From a virus (taxonomy: Duplodnaviria; Caudoviricetes): DNA of 58,117 nt. Shown in pieces: positions 1-9,483 of this stretch. Position 1 is the stretch's first letter. Each line of letters starts with the position of its first letter. The position numbers and the translations under genes are program-made. The notes below the pieces were generated by a model, which worked only from the letters and a program-made list of their open reading frames with translations, did no database searches and had not been told where the DNA came from. The stretch spans positions 1 to 58,117 of IMG/VR virus record IMGVR_UViG_3300027007_000030; one strand, given 5' to 3'.

Positions 1-528
1 ACAGACACCGGCGTTCAGTTTTTCCAAGCTGCGATGATGGCCGACGTCGGCGGTGGGTACACCGCTGAGTACGAGGCCGAGGTAACCTCCCCGGCGTATG
101 CCGAGGACTTCCAGCAGGGACTGATGATCGGTGGTGACTACGGCGTCTCGATCGGGATCACCGCTCGGGACGAGGATGCCATCTGTTCAATCGATGGCGA
201 TGTCTTCGCGGAGTGCAAGCACTTCCGCGGAGAGGAAGTCGACGGCAAGATCGCTGGCCCACTCTACGATGCTGGGGAAGCCGACCACCTCGCGGTGGTC
301 TACGTCCCGGCATGGGAGGAGGCCGATTCCGAGGTAACTGACGACGCGAACGCAGCGATGCTCGCGTCGACTGCTGATGAGTTCTTCGGAGAGCCGTTCG
401 ACGCCAAACACCAGCAAGCGGACGCGAGCGCCGACACCGGCACCGCAGATTCCACCGAGGAGACCTGCACCGATGATCGGTATCGTGTCCAGGTCACACC
501 TGACCCAGCGTTCACACTGAGACTCTAA
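1..528 (+). CDS. Probable prohead protease/head maturation protein, 5'-truncated by the window edge
   Basis: Frame is open from base 1 (TDTGVQFFQAAMMADV...). Acidic protein immediately upstream of the scaffold, decoration and capsid genes. Call is by synteny. Confidence 0.5.
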   Translation, partial: TDTGVQFFQAAMMADVGGGYTAEYEAEVTSPAYAEDFQQGLMIGGDYGVSIGITARDEDAICSIDGDVFAECKHFRGEEVDGKIAGPLYDAGEADHLAVVYVPAWEEADSEVTDDANAAMLASTADEFFGEPFDAKHQQADASADTGTADSTEETCTDDRYRVQVTPDPAFTLRL

Positions 529-530
529 CC

Positions 531-1181
531 ATGAGCGACGACAACCCGAACCAGCACACGGTCGCGCTCGCCGACCTCTCCGTTCCCAAGATCCGGTCTG
601 AGAACGAGCAGGTCGCCGAGGAGCTCGACCGACTGGAGGGCCGTGTCGAGGAACTTCAGGCTGCGAAGGCCGAGGCGGAAGCCCGTGCCGACCAGCTCGA
701 GGAGGAAGCAGAGAGCTTCGAAGCGGAGAAGCAGGATGCCCTCGACGACACAGCGGCCGAGTACGAGGAACAGATCGACGACCTCGAGACGGAACTCGAG
801 GCGAAAGACGAAATCATCGAGGACATCCGCGAGGCCGAGCGCCAGCAGGCCCTCGACCGCTTCAGCGAGGCATTCGCCGCCGCGACCGGCGCGGACGAGG
901 AAGCAGTCGAGGAGAAGCTGGCCGAGTTCGACGACGCGCCCAAGGCGACGGTGGAAGCCGCCGCAGAGGGCTACGAAGTCGCAGCCGAGCGCGCCGAATC
1001 CGCAGCCAACGTCGAGTCCACCGAGGAGAACCTCGGCAACACCGGCGAGACCACGACGGTCGAGGCTTCGGAGGAGCGCAAGCAGGAGATCGCCCGCGAG
1101 ATGGGCGTCCTCGAACAGCTCGAAGCCGCTGACAACCTCAAACCGCAGGGGTTCGAGGTCGGCAACGAGGGGGGAGCATAG
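531..1181 (+). CDS. Capsid scaffolding protein (acidic coiled coil)
   Basis: Long E/A-rich heptad region, located between the putative protease and the capsid genes. Confidence 0.7.
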   Translation: MSDDNPNQHTVALADLSVPKIRSENEQVAEELDRLEGRVEELQAAKAEAEARADQLEEEAESFEAEKQDALDDTAAEYEEQIDDLETELEAKDEIIEDIREAERQQALDRFSEAFAAATGADEEAVEEKLAEFDDAPKATVEAAAEGYEVAAERAESAANVESTEENLGNTGETTTVEASEERKQEIAREMGVLEQLEAADNLKPQGFEVGNEGGA

Positions 1182-1625
1182 ATGAGCCGAGCAGCAGAGG
1201 TCGGCGACAACCTGAACTTCACCTCGGACGACGCCGCTGACGGCGGCTTCGACTCCGAGGGGTACGTTCTGGAACCGGGAGACGACAGCGGCCGGACGGT
1301 CAAGAAGGCCGGTGCCGCTTCCTCGAACGCCTTCCTGGGCGTCAACCACAAGAGCACGTACAACTACGACGAATCGGTCGTCCAGCAGGGTGTCCCCGTC
1401 GGGGTCATCCAGGACGGCGTCGCGATGGTGCTCTGCAAGGGCGGGGTCAACTACGGCCTCGGCGACCTGGTGTACTTCCCCGCGTCCGGGGACGACGCCG
1501 GTGTCGCACAATCTGGCGACAACTCGACCACGGAGGTCGGCAAGGTCGTCGAAGACCACGATGACAGCGGTGGCCAGGCGAGCGACCCGGTGCTCGTCAA
1601 GGTCCGCGTCGACGGGAGGGTCTAA
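1182..1625 (+). CDS. Capsid decoration/cement protein
   Basis: 147 aa beta-rich protein (FLGV...VGVIQDGVAMV...GDLVY...VGKVV) directly upstream of the major capsid gene. Confidence 0.65.
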   Translation: MSRAAEVGDNLNFTSDDAADGGFDSEGYVLEPGDDSGRTVKKAGAASSNAFLGVNHKSTYNYDESVVQQGVPVGVIQDGVAMVLCKGGVNYGLGDLVYFPASGDDAGVAQSGDNSTTEVGKVVEDHDDSGGQASDPVLVKVRVDGRV

Positions 1626-1627
1626 CC

Positions 1628-2575
1628 ATGGCAAAGCAGACAATCACTGAGATCGCCGCAGACGGCGAAGCGACAGAAGACGACGTGCTCCGTCGCCAGG
1701 TCGTGCGCGAGCTGCTCTACAAGCAGGCCGGGAACCTCTCGGTCGGCACGCAGATCGTCGACACGACCTCGTTCGACGTGCTCGACGTGAAGTTCGAGTA
1801 CCCCGGCGAGATGTCGGCGGAGTACCCGGTGGCACAAGACACCACCGTGGACCGACAGAAGATCACCTGGAACGAGTTCGACATGTCCCTCCAGCAGGGC
1901 GAAGGGCGATACTTCATCGCCGACTCCGCCAAGCTGCGGGGCATGGGCGACCTCCAGCAGCGGTTCACCCAGCAGCGCCAGGGCGAGGCCCTCGCGCGCC
2001 GGAAAGACGAGAACATCCTCTCGGCTCTCCTGAACGGCTCCCCTTCCGCCAACGACGACACCGCGTCGGCCGGCGACGAGTGGGACCAGGCAAACGTGGA
2101 CATGGTGGACGAGCTCCACGGCATGTGGACGGACATCCTCACGAACGCGCCGATCAACAACGCGAACGTCGGCAACTTCAGCGTCGTCCTCCCCATCGAG
2201 ATCTGGGCGGAGATCAACCAGGTCGAGCTGATCAACAACGTGCAGCAGCAGATCCGAGACTACCTCGGAACCACGTTCGGCTTCAGCATCTACCCGACCA
2301 AGCTCGGGCTCCACGACGACGACCAGGTGGACCTCCAGGACGAGGCCATCATGCTGATCCCCGGCGACGAGACCGCCATCCACGGCATGCTCTCGGACGG
2401 CGCGGCCGCCTCGGCTGGCGTCCCACTCGTCGAGGAAGAACGCATCGCGGGCCGCGGCGACGAGTACATCGTCAGCCAGTGGTTCAACACCGCGATCGTT
2501 GAGCACGAGGGTGCCGGCACTGGCGAGAGCCCGCGCATCGCCACCCGGAAGAACGTCAACAGCAACCGGAGCTAA
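1628..2575 (+). CDS. Major capsid protein (HK97-fold likely)
   Basis: 315 aa with strong GC3 codon bias; position after scaffold and decoration genes; GEALARRKDENIL spine-helix-like segment. Confidence 0.8.
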   Translation: MAKQTITEIAADGEATEDDVLRRQVVRELLYKQAGNLSVGTQIVDTTSFDVLDVKFEYPGEMSAEYPVAQDTTVDRQKITWNEFDMSLQQGEGRYFIADSAKLRGMGDLQQRFTQQRQGEALARRKDENILSALLNGSPSANDDTASAGDEWDQANVDMVDELHGMWTDILTNAPINNANVGNFSVVLPIEIWAEINQVELINNVQQQIRDYLGTTFGFSIYPTKLGLHDDDQVDLQDEAIMLIPGDETAIHGMLSDGAAASAGVPLVEEERIAGRGDEYIVSQWFNTAIVEHEGAGTGESPRIATRKNVNSNRS

Positions 2576-2605
2576 ACGCTCCGGCAACGAGTAGGTGAAG
2601 ACATC

Positions 2606-2980
2606 ATGATCGACATCGGCGAGACATTCGCCGCCCGACGGTTCGGTACGCTCTCGTACGTCCTCCACGGGGCCCTCGCAGCCCAGGACTACCTGGGCGA
2701 CACGGCCGGGGACAGCGGCGTCCCCATGCCGGACTGCACGCTCAACCACGTGCACTACCACCTCGGGTCCGCTGACGACGGGAACACAGACGTCGTGTTC
2801 CACAACGAGACGCAAGGCACGAGCGCCACCGTGACGCTCAGCACCAACACGGAAGACGATGCTGACCTCGACCTCGGCTTCAACGAGGGAGACGAGTTCG
2901 CCATCGAGGTGGACTCGGTCACCACCCCCGGGAGCGACCTGTCGCTCCTCGTCGAGTACGAGCAGCGGGAGATCGTCTAA
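2606..2980 (+). CDS. Hypothetical virion protein
   Basis: Acidic beta-rich ORF preceded by a GTAGGTGA SD-like sequence. Confidence 0.6.
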   Translation: MIDIGETFAARRFGTLSYVLHGALAAQDYLGDTAGDSGVPMPDCTLNHVHYHLGSADDGNTDVVFHNETQGTSATVTLSTNTEDDADLDLGFNEGDEFAIEVDSVTTPGSDLSLLVEYEQREIV

Positions 2981-3008
2981 CCGGGGGTTCGTTCCCCACC
3001 CAACGCCA

Positions 3009-3515
3009 ATGGTTGATTTTATCGACGATTACGACGCTCTGACAGTGGACGAGATAGTCGAGCGGCTCGCGGACAGGAACGCAGACGAACTCGTCGAACT
3101 CAGAGACCATGAATCAGACCACAAAGCACGGGTGACGCTACTCGATGAACTCGAAACACGACTCGATCAACACGGAAGCGGACATCGTGAGAGTGATCGA
3201 GAAAAAACAGAGGATAGCACCGGGCTCGTCGGTGAGTCCGACGACGAACGCCGCGATCCAGACGATGGGCCTGTTCAGGGAACTGGACTCCCAGATGGAA
3301 CGGGTACACAGGACGACGAAGGAACTGAAGACGGTGGTCCCGTGGGAGTGAACGAGCCCGACTCCGGTGACGAGGTACTGGTCAGGTACATGGGACGCGG
3401 CCGCGGGTACGCCGCAGGCCACTGGTTCGACCATGCCTACGACGAACGTACCGTCCCGTACAACACGCGGATCGAGGACGCCGTAGAAAACGGGGACCTG
3501 CAACTCCTCCCCTGA
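3009..3515 (+). CDS. Hypothetical protein, paralogue of 3548-4186
   Basis: ATG at 3009 (MVDFIDDYDALTVDEI); shares N- and C-terminal motifs with the next ORF. Confidence 0.65.
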   Translation: MVDFIDDYDALTVDEIVERLADRNADELVELRDHESDHKARVTLLDELETRLDQHGSGHRESDREKTEDSTGLVGESDDERRDPDDGPVQGTGLPDGTGTQDDEGTEDGGPVGVNEPDSGDEVLVRYMGRGRGYAAGHWFDHAYDERTVPYNTRIEDAVENGDLQLLP

Positions 3516-3522
3516 CCACATC

Positions 3523-3533
3523 GATGCCACCAG
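3523..3533 (+). repeat. Dispersed 11-mer GATGCCACCAG (first of at least 16 copies)
   Basis: + strand: 3523, 9425, 16048, 23818, 31490, 38569, 40246, 45314, 56277. - strand: 13173, 18545, 19600, 25749, 41918, 45415, 54895. Confidence 0.9.
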
Positions 3534-3547
3534 CAACGGATTAACAC

Positions 3548-4186
3548 ATGGAAGACTGTCCAATCGACAACTACGACCAGATGACCGTCAGCGAAGTTGG
3601 GTCGGCTATCGAGCCATACACCAACGGGCTCGAGCAACTCTCCGACTCCGACCTCGTCGAGCGACTCGAACTGGTCACAGCGGTACTGGAATACGAACGC
3701 GCCCACAAAGACCGGAAGACGGCCAAGTCTTCTGTGAGCGAAGTCCGTGACGCCCTCGTCGCCGAGGCGCGACCACGCGGCCTGCTGACCCCGGATGAAG
3801 AAGCCGAGACTGAGAGCGACAACGACGATGACGACCCGGTCGACGACGAAGGCGACGAGAACGATGTGGCTACTGACCCTGATGATGGCGAAGATCGTGG
3901 GGATGGGGATGATCCTGAGCGCGACGCTTCTGAAGACGAGGATGAAGCAGAGACTGCTGAAGTAGCCCCCTCCTCGGGCCCGATGCAACAGCGTGACAAC
4001 GAGACGGCTGATGCATCGTTCACTGGGGCGGATCGTCGACAGCGCGTCCTCGTGCGAAACCACCTGAAAGAATCGAGGAACGTTGCTGGCCACTCGTTCG
4101 AGGCCGGTGAAGTCAAAGAGATCGTCCTCGACGACAAACTCCGATCGTCAATCCGACGCAACCAACTCCAGGTGGTGCGAGGGTAA
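3548..4186 (+). CDS. Hypothetical protein, paralogue of 3009-3515
   Basis: IDNYDQMTVSEV...HKDRKT, an acidic linker, then VLVRNH...AGHSF...QLQVV. Confidence 0.65.
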   Translation: MEDCPIDNYDQMTVSEVGSAIEPYTNGLEQLSDSDLVERLELVTAVLEYERAHKDRKTAKSSVSEVRDALVAEARPRGLLTPDEEAETESDNDDDDPVDDEGDENDVATDPDDGEDRGDGDDPERDASEDEDEAETAEVAPSSGPMQQRDNETADASFTGADRRQRVLVRNHLKESRNVAGHSFEAGEVKEIVLDDKLRSSIRRNQLQVVRG

Positions 4187-4572
4187 TGGTTCGCAAGAGT
4201 ACCCACGTCTTCAAGGCCGAGATACGCGACTCAGACGACCACTACTCTGACGACGATGGATCGGACCCGGAGTTCAATATCATCCAGGATGACTTTCCCG
4301 CGTCGTGGACATCGATGGACGCGATCAGAGTGTATGTCCGAGACGACCACAACCAGGCGATAGACGTCGACGTGGAACACACTGGACCAGGAGATACAGA
4401 GTACGAGGCGGTGTCGAGTAACAAGACCATCTCGATCGAGTCCGGGAAAGATGGTGGAACAGCATACCTGGACGGACCGGTTGGGAACATGCGGTTCCGG
4501 TTCTACGGGATCGCATCGGCACCAACAGAAGGGTCGATCACGGTGACAGTTCTCGGACTCGGTCGGGAGTAA
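4186..4572 (+). CDS. Hypothetical virion protein
   Basis: TAATG overlap with the previous stop; acidic and beta-rich. Confidence 0.6.
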   Translation: MVRKSTHVFKAEIRDSDDHYSDDDGSDPEFNIIQDDFPASWTSMDAIRVYVRDDHNQAIDVDVEHTGPGDTEYEAVSSNKTISIESGKDGGTAYLDGPVGNMRFRFYGIASAPTEGSITVTVLGLGRE

Positions 4573-4574
4573 TC

Positions 4575-4973
4575 ATGGTCGTCGAAGTGCGTGACGTCAG
4601 GACGGCGCTGAACGAGATCGACGAGGACGCCATTTCGAACGCGGTGATCACACAGAAGATTGGACAGGCCAAAGCCATCGTCGACGACCACGGAATCGAT
4701 GAGTCAGAAGCCCAGTACGACTACGCAGTGATCCAGACAGCGGCATACCTGTCGTTCACAGCCAGTCCGCCGATGGAACAGAAACGAGCACTCGACGCCG
4801 AAGCACACTGGAACGTCACCTCGTACCTGGAGAACCTGAAATGGCAAATGGACCTCGCTCTGGAATCCGCTGGCGGCGCTACTGGTGGCACCTCGGCGGC
4901 TCTCATCGACTCGACGGATAGCATCTACGACGACGTGACGAGCGACACCGACGACACGCAGTTCTCGCGATGA
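4575..4973 (+). CDS. Head-tail adaptor (neck) protein
   Basis: Helical 132 aa protein (V..VR..L...IS...I...I..A...V pattern) in the neck-gene position. Confidence 0.6.
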   Translation: MVVEVRDVRTALNEIDEDAISNAVITQKIGQAKAIVDDHGIDESEAQYDYAVIQTAAYLSFTASPPMEQKRALDAEAHWNVTSYLENLKWQMDLALESAGGATGGTSAALIDSTDSIYDDVTSDTDDTQFSR

Positions 4974-5062
4974 TGTGTGAGGCGGCGTTCGCTGTCGGGA
5001 TCTGGGCGATCGTGCTGTGTGTCGTCGTCCTGTTTACATGGATAGTGCTCGCAGATCGATAG
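4970..5062 (+). CDS. Small single-pass membrane peptide (30 aa)
   Basis: Manual translation MMCEAAFAVGIWAIVLCVVVLFTWIVLADR; ATGA overlap with the upstream stop. Confidence 0.4.
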   Translation: MMCEAAFAVGIWAIVLCVVVLFTWIVLADR

Positions 5063-5106
5063 CGTCACCAAACCTGGTATCAAGTACGTGAGACATACCG
5101 ATACCC

Positions 5107-5541
5107 ATGGCGAGTGAAGTCGTCGATATCAACAGAATCCCCCAGCTCATTCTGGCGCTTGACGAGGCCCAGGAGGAGTACCTCGAACACATGGGGAAAG
5201 CGATTCTCAAGCAGATCGACATGGGGTTCGAGAAGGGAACTGACCCCCTCGGGCGGACGTGGGAGCCTCTCGACCCCGAAACGGTCGCGAGAAAGGGTCA
5301 CGACGACATCCTGATCGAATCCGGCGACCTTCGTGACTCGTTCGTCTACGAGGTCGACGAGACTGAGAACGCCGTCGCAATCGGGTCCAACTCCCCGCTC
5401 ATCGACTTCCACGAGTTTGGGACTGCTGATATTCCCCGGCGCCCGATCCTTCAGCCAGCGTCGATCTGGGCGGAGGAAAAGCTGATCGTCCCGATGGGAA
5501 AAGACGTGATCGGTGACAAAATCGACAAGGTGACGTTCTGA
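5107..5541 (+). CDS. Virion morphogenesis/tail completion protein (Mu gpG/P2 gpS-like)
   Basis: F...TDP.G..W.PL...T..RK...IL..SG.LR.S and HEFGT..IPRRP motifs typical of this family. Confidence 0.8.
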   Translation: MASEVVDINRIPQLILALDEAQEEYLEHMGKAILKQIDMGFEKGTDPLGRTWEPLDPETVARKGHDDILIESGDLRDSFVYEVDETENAVAIGSNSPLIDFHEFGTADIPRRPILQPASIWAEEKLIVPMGKDVIGDKIDKVTF

Positions 5542-5891
5542 TGCCGGACTTCTCGGCGGCGGACGCGATCATGAACGACGGTCGTTGGCGGGCGGTCGTC
5601 GAAGTCACCCCACGTGGGACCGTCACGAACACCAACGGCTACGCGACGCACACGACCGGTGACCCCGTCGAGATTGAGGCGGTTATCCGACCAGCCACAG
5701 CGACCCGATACGCGAGGATAGCCGAAGGGCTCTCGGACGGCGCGGAATACGTCATGTTCGTTCGACACGACGCAGAGGTTGTATCGGGAGACCAACTCGA
5801 CTACCTGGGAGACACCTTCGAAGTACGAGGGCTCGAGGCTGACCCATACGACGGGCTCAAGATCTTCGAGCTCGTCCAGGAGCTGACCTAA
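5541..5891 (+). CDS. Head-closure (head-tail joining) protein
   Basis: 116 aa beta-rich protein with IEAVIRP...GDQLDYLGDTFEV; synteny. Confidence 0.6.
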   Translation: MPDFSAADAIMNDGRWRAVVEVTPRGTVTNTNGYATHTTGDPVEIEAVIRPATATRYARIAEGLSDGAEYVMFVRHDAEVVSGDQLDYLGDTFEVRGLEADPYDGLKIFELVQELT

Positions 5892-6509
5892 ATGCTGACC
5901 TTCGACGAACAACAGCGCATCTACGACTCCGTGCCGACGTCCTATTCTGTGGGATGGGATGGGGCGACGTACACGTACAGCGATGTCCCCGTCTGGTGGG
6001 ATGGACAGGATCACGATATCGACCTCCCCGAGATCGTCCTTGCCTGGAACGCACAGGGAGTCGAGAAAGACGGACAGCAACCGATGAACCAGGTGCTCGA
6101 CTACGACCTCAAACCGAACGTCCCTGACGTAGACATCACGCGTGGGACTCGCGTGTACGACGAGATGCAGGTTACGTTCGCCGTCGAACACGACCAGAAC
6201 GCCGACGGGGTACCGGCCGAGGTACGCTCGAACGCCTTTGCCGGGGTGTTACTCGACCACTTCCGGTATGCGTTCGATCAGAACGATGATGGGCCGAACG
6301 ATGAGCGACCTGTCCTTGCTCGTGTGATTGGTGAGCCGACGGTCGTACCCGCTGAGATAGACGGGGACCGAGGGCTTCGGGCCGCGTTCCCGGTTCGATT
6401 CCACTACACGGACAGACACGTCGATACCGAACCCACGGTCGAAACCGTCGAGGGTGACGTCGACGTCGACGGCGACTCGAACACGAGCAACCCGTTTTCG
6501 ACCAGCTAA
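5892..6509 (+). CDS. Tail terminator/neck protein
   Basis: Position immediately before the tail sheath gene; size 205 aa. Confidence 0.55.
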   Translation: MLTFDEQQRIYDSVPTSYSVGWDGATYTYSDVPVWWDGQDHDIDLPEIVLAWNAQGVEKDGQQPMNQVLDYDLKPNVPDVDITRGTRVYDEMQVTFAVEHDQNADGVPAEVRSNAFAGVLLDHFRYAFDQNDDGPNDERPVLARVIGEPTVVPAEIDGDRGLRAAFPVRFHYTDRHVDTEPTVETVEGDVDVDGDSNTSNPFSTS

Positions 6510-6518
6510 CGGCGCCCG

Positions 6519-6576
6519 CCGGCGGGATTGCGTAGCCACAACCCCACCCTCTCGGGCCCGAAAACGGGTCTCCGAG
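6519..6576 (+). repeat. ~60-bp intergenic repeat family, copy A (degenerate)
   Basis: CCGGCG...CACAACCCCACCC...GAAAACGGGTCTCCGAG aligns with copies at 26436, 35458, 45335 and 56187. Confidence 0.45.
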
Positions 6577-6663
6577 ACCGTACGACCGCCGAGGATCGTT
6601 TACTAACGTATTTTGAGAGTTCCCACGTATAACCCCCATACGTCTACGGGGTAGAACATTAGC

Positions 6664-6678
6664 GAAAACTGGTATATA
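6664..6678 (+). promoter_or_regulatory. Putative late promoter GAAAACTGGTATATA upstream of the sheath gene
   Basis: Same motif at 9956 and 16131; variants at 5069, 8487, 25335, 26632 and 56312; usually 37-46 nt upstream of an ATG. Confidence 0.65.
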
Positions 6679-6709
6679 CGCCAGATTGTGTCTATTCTGA
6701 TGAAACGAT

Positions 6710-8071
6710 ATGCCAACCAGTGTAGTCGACATCAGCCTGTCGTCGAGCACTGGTGCCACGGCCCAAGAGACGTACAACGACATCTGCGTCATCGGCCATG
6801 CCACCAGCGCGCCGTCGGCTGGGTTCAACACGGTCAAGTCCTACACGTCCGCATCGGACGTGGAATCGGACTTCGGGGCCAATTCCGACGTTCACACCGC
6901 CTCAGAAGCCCTCGCGGAGATGGGCGTCTCGGAATGGTCCGTCATCGTAGCAGAAGAAAAAACCGTCACGGACGAGGTGATCGATGGGTCCGACAGCTCG
7001 GCGCTGACGAACGGGGCTGTCGATAACGTTCCCGTCCACGACGACGCCTCGACTCTGACTGTGTCGGTCGACGGGTCGGACATCACTGCGTCCAACTTGA
7101 TGTTCACCGTCGACGACCCCAGTTCGAAGTCGCCCGGGGCGGGAGAAGCGTACTTCAACACCGACACGGGTGAGGTCGAGGTCGGCGACGCGACGTCCGG
7201 CTCTGGCGACGGGATTGAGGTGGACTACCACCACCTCGACTGGTCGCCGGTCAAGACGGAGATCGAGCCCCTGGGGTTCGACCTCGTGTTACTCGCAGAC
7301 ACCCACTTCGACGTGCCTGGCTTCGGCAACCTCGACGAGATCGTCAGCTGGGCGAGCTCGAACGACGCCGGCGTCGTCGGGGCCTCGGTCAACGGCGACA
7401 ACGAGTCCACCGAGCAGGACGCGATGGACATCGCCCACGAGGTGGGCGGTGCCGTCTCCTCGGGCCACTACATGCAGGTTGCCCACAAGTCGACCGACGA
7501 CGTGGCGGCCTACATCGTCGGCCAGCTCGGCGTGAACGAAGCCTGGTTCGACCCGTTCTGGGACGGCGACGGCTACCCGTTCGCAACGAACTACTACAGC
7601 CGCGCCAACGTCGGCGACCCGTCCTCGGCGGGAACGTTCGAGGGTGGGGACGCCAGCAACCAGGAAGGAGCGACCAACGTCGTGATCAGCGTCGACGGGA
7701 CGAAAGTCCTCTCGAACAGCCTGACCACGGCCGGCTCGTCGTCGAACTACCAGTTCTTCGACGTTGCCCGAACTGAGTCGTTCGTCGCGAGCGAGATCGA
7801 GAACGCACTCACCTCGCTGCGTCTGTCGAGCGACCAGATCCCGTACACGCCCCAGGGGCGCTCGGCGATCATCGGCGCGATCCAAGGCCAGCTCCAGGAG
7901 TACGTCTCGGGTCAGGGAGCCCCGCTCTCTGAGCTGGACATCAGCGCACCCACGATCGACCAGATCTCGGACTCTGACAAGGCGAACCGTGTGTTCCCCA
8001 ACATCAGCGTCACCGGCACGCTGGCCGGGAACGTCCACGAGTTCAGCGTCGATCTGAACGTGCAGGTATAA
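6710..8071 (+). CDS. Tail sheath protein (contractile tail)
   Basis: 453 aa; C-terminal FFDVARTESFV...IPYTPQGRSAI...DKANRVFPNISVTGTLAGNVH resembles DUF3383-type sheaths. Confidence 0.85.
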   Translation: MPTSVVDISLSSSTGATAQETYNDICVIGHATSAPSAGFNTVKSYTSASDVESDFGANSDVHTASEALAEMGVSEWSVIVAEEKTVTDEVIDGSDSSALTNGAVDNVPVHDDASTLTVSVDGSDITASNLMFTVDDPSSKSPGAGEAYFNTDTGEVEVGDATSGSGDGIEVDYHHLDWSPVKTEIEPLGFDLVLLADTHFDVPGFGNLDEIVSWASSNDAGVVGASVNGDNESTEQDAMDIAHEVGGAVSSGHYMQVAHKSTDDVAAYIVGQLGVNEAWFDPFWDGDGYPFATNYYSRANVGDPSSAGTFEGGDASNQEGATNVVISVDGTKVLSNSLTTAGSSSNYQFFDVARTESFVASEIENALTSLRLSSDQIPYTPQGRSAIIGAIQGQLQEYVSGQGAPLSELDISAPTIDQISDSDKANRVFPNISVTGTLAGNVHEFSVDLNVQV

Positions 8072-8086
8072 AGGAGGTGACATAAG

Positions 8087-8476
8087 ATGCCAAAATCAGA
8101 GTACGACGCCCGCGAAGTCTCGATCATGGTCAATGGGGTCGCAGTCGCAGACCTCGACTCGTTCGGATACGACCAGAGCAAAGCCCACGAGCTCGAACGC
8201 ACCCTCGACGAGGGGAGCGTTTGGGTGAAGGGAACCGGTGAGTTCACTGGGACAGTGGTCATGAAGGCCACGTCCGACAACATCCCGGACGTCGAAGACC
8301 TGTTCCAGAACGACGAGATCTTCGACATCACGATCCAGTACGCCAGCACGGAGCCACGCTCCCAGAGCGTGTTCACCCGAGTCATGCTACAGGACTGGGG
8401 CCCATCGGACTACGAGCTCGATGGACTCCCGACGTTCGAAGGGTCCTGGGAAGCCGACGAGGTCGCACACAGCTAA
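8087..8476 (+). CDS. Tail tube protein
   Basis: 129 aa after the sheath gene; YDAREVSIMVNG N-terminus; AGGAGGTGA SD. Confidence 0.8.
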   Translation: MPKSEYDAREVSIMVNGVAVADLDSFGYDQSKAHELERTLDEGSVWVKGTGEFTGTVVMKATSDNIPDVEDLFQNDEIFDITIQYASTEPRSQSVFTRVMLQDWGPSDYELDGLPTFEGSWEADEVAHS

Positions 8477-8522
8477 CCTCGGCGGCAAAACTGTTATAGC
8501 GTCGGAATCAGTATTCTGATAT

Positions 8523-9131
8523 ATGTCGGATACCGACAAGTCTGAACAAGAAGTCACCGAGCGTCGCGACGTTACGGACCTCACAACCAACGAGGAAGTG
8601 GAGGAAGCTGTCGACGACATGCTCGGAATCCCCGAGGAAGAACGTCCAGACCGTAATCTCGCGGTCCCCGACGACGAGGAAGACCTCAAAGCGGAAGCGA
8701 ACGAGCCCGAAGTGCGGCCCGAAGTTGAGGCCCACATGGAAGCGGCCAAACAACAGCAGTCCGAGCAAGAGGAAGAAGGATCGACGGCGGTCACGGTGAG
8801 CTCGCTTGAGGAGCCCGACGAGTGGGAAGACTTCGACTTCGAGGGCCAGGAGTGGACGCTCGACGACGCCAAAGAGCCCGAGGTCCGAGAGGTCCGCGGT
8901 ATGGTGTTCAAGTTCGCAGAGCCGGAGAACGACGACGAGATCCTCAACCAGCTCGAACTGGCCAGTGGTGGCGACCGATGGGACCAGATGTACGCGCTGG
9001 TCGGGCTCGTGGTGGAAGGACCGGAGGTCACCGAAGAACGATGGGACAACATGAGCTTCGCCTCCAAGCTCGCACTCGGGTCGGCCGCCGCTGACTACCT
9101 GGGGCTCGACGAGGGTTTTCTCGACGAATAA
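8523..9131 (+). CDS. Tail assembly chaperone (short form)
   Basis: Between tube and tape-measure genes; G-GGT-TTT slippery site just before the stop. Confidence 0.75.
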   Translation: MSDTDKSEQEVTERRDVTDLTTNEEVEEAVDDMLGIPEEERPDRNLAVPDDEEDLKAEANEPEVRPEVEAHMEAAKQQQSEQEEEGSTAVTVSSLEEPDEWEDFDFEGQEWTLDDAKEPEVREVRGMVFKFAEPENDDEILNQLELASGGDRWDQMYALVGLVVEGPEVTEERWDNMSFASKLALGSAAADYLGLDEGFLDE

Positions 9132-9418
9132 GGGGCTGGGCACAGTCCCCTGCTGGCCAGATCACGGTCAGCATCGCCCTGAGATTCAACAAAGAAATCG
9201 AGGAAGTCGACGCATGGCCCTGGCGCCGTAAGATCGCCTACGCGCTGTCGATCGGCGCAGTGGAAAACCAGGAACGAGCACAAACGGACATCCCGAACGT
9301 AAACACGTCACAACTCCCCGCTGGCACGAACGTCAACACGAAGATGCCCTCCGGCAAGGATGTCCACCCATCGGTGGCGAAGCACGACCACGTGTTCCAC
9401 GTCGAGAACGGCAACTAA
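9113..9418 (+). CDS. -1 frameshift extension of the tail assembly chaperone (G-T-like fusion, ~298 aa)
   Basis: The -1 frame is open from GGGTTTT (9113-9119) to TAA at 9418: SRRIRGWAQSPAGQITVSIALRFNKEIEEVDAWPWRRKIAYALS...; no nearby ATG. Confidence 0.75.
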   Translation, partial: GFSRRIRGWAQSPAGQITVSIALRFNKEIEEVDAWPWRRKIAYALSIGAVENQERAQTDIPNVNTSQLPAGTNVNTKMPSGKDVHPSVAKHDHVFHVENGN

Positions 9419-9483
9419 CCTCTCGATGCCACCAGCAGCGGTTTGCGCGAACACTTATTACCGTTTACTGTCAATATCTATAT

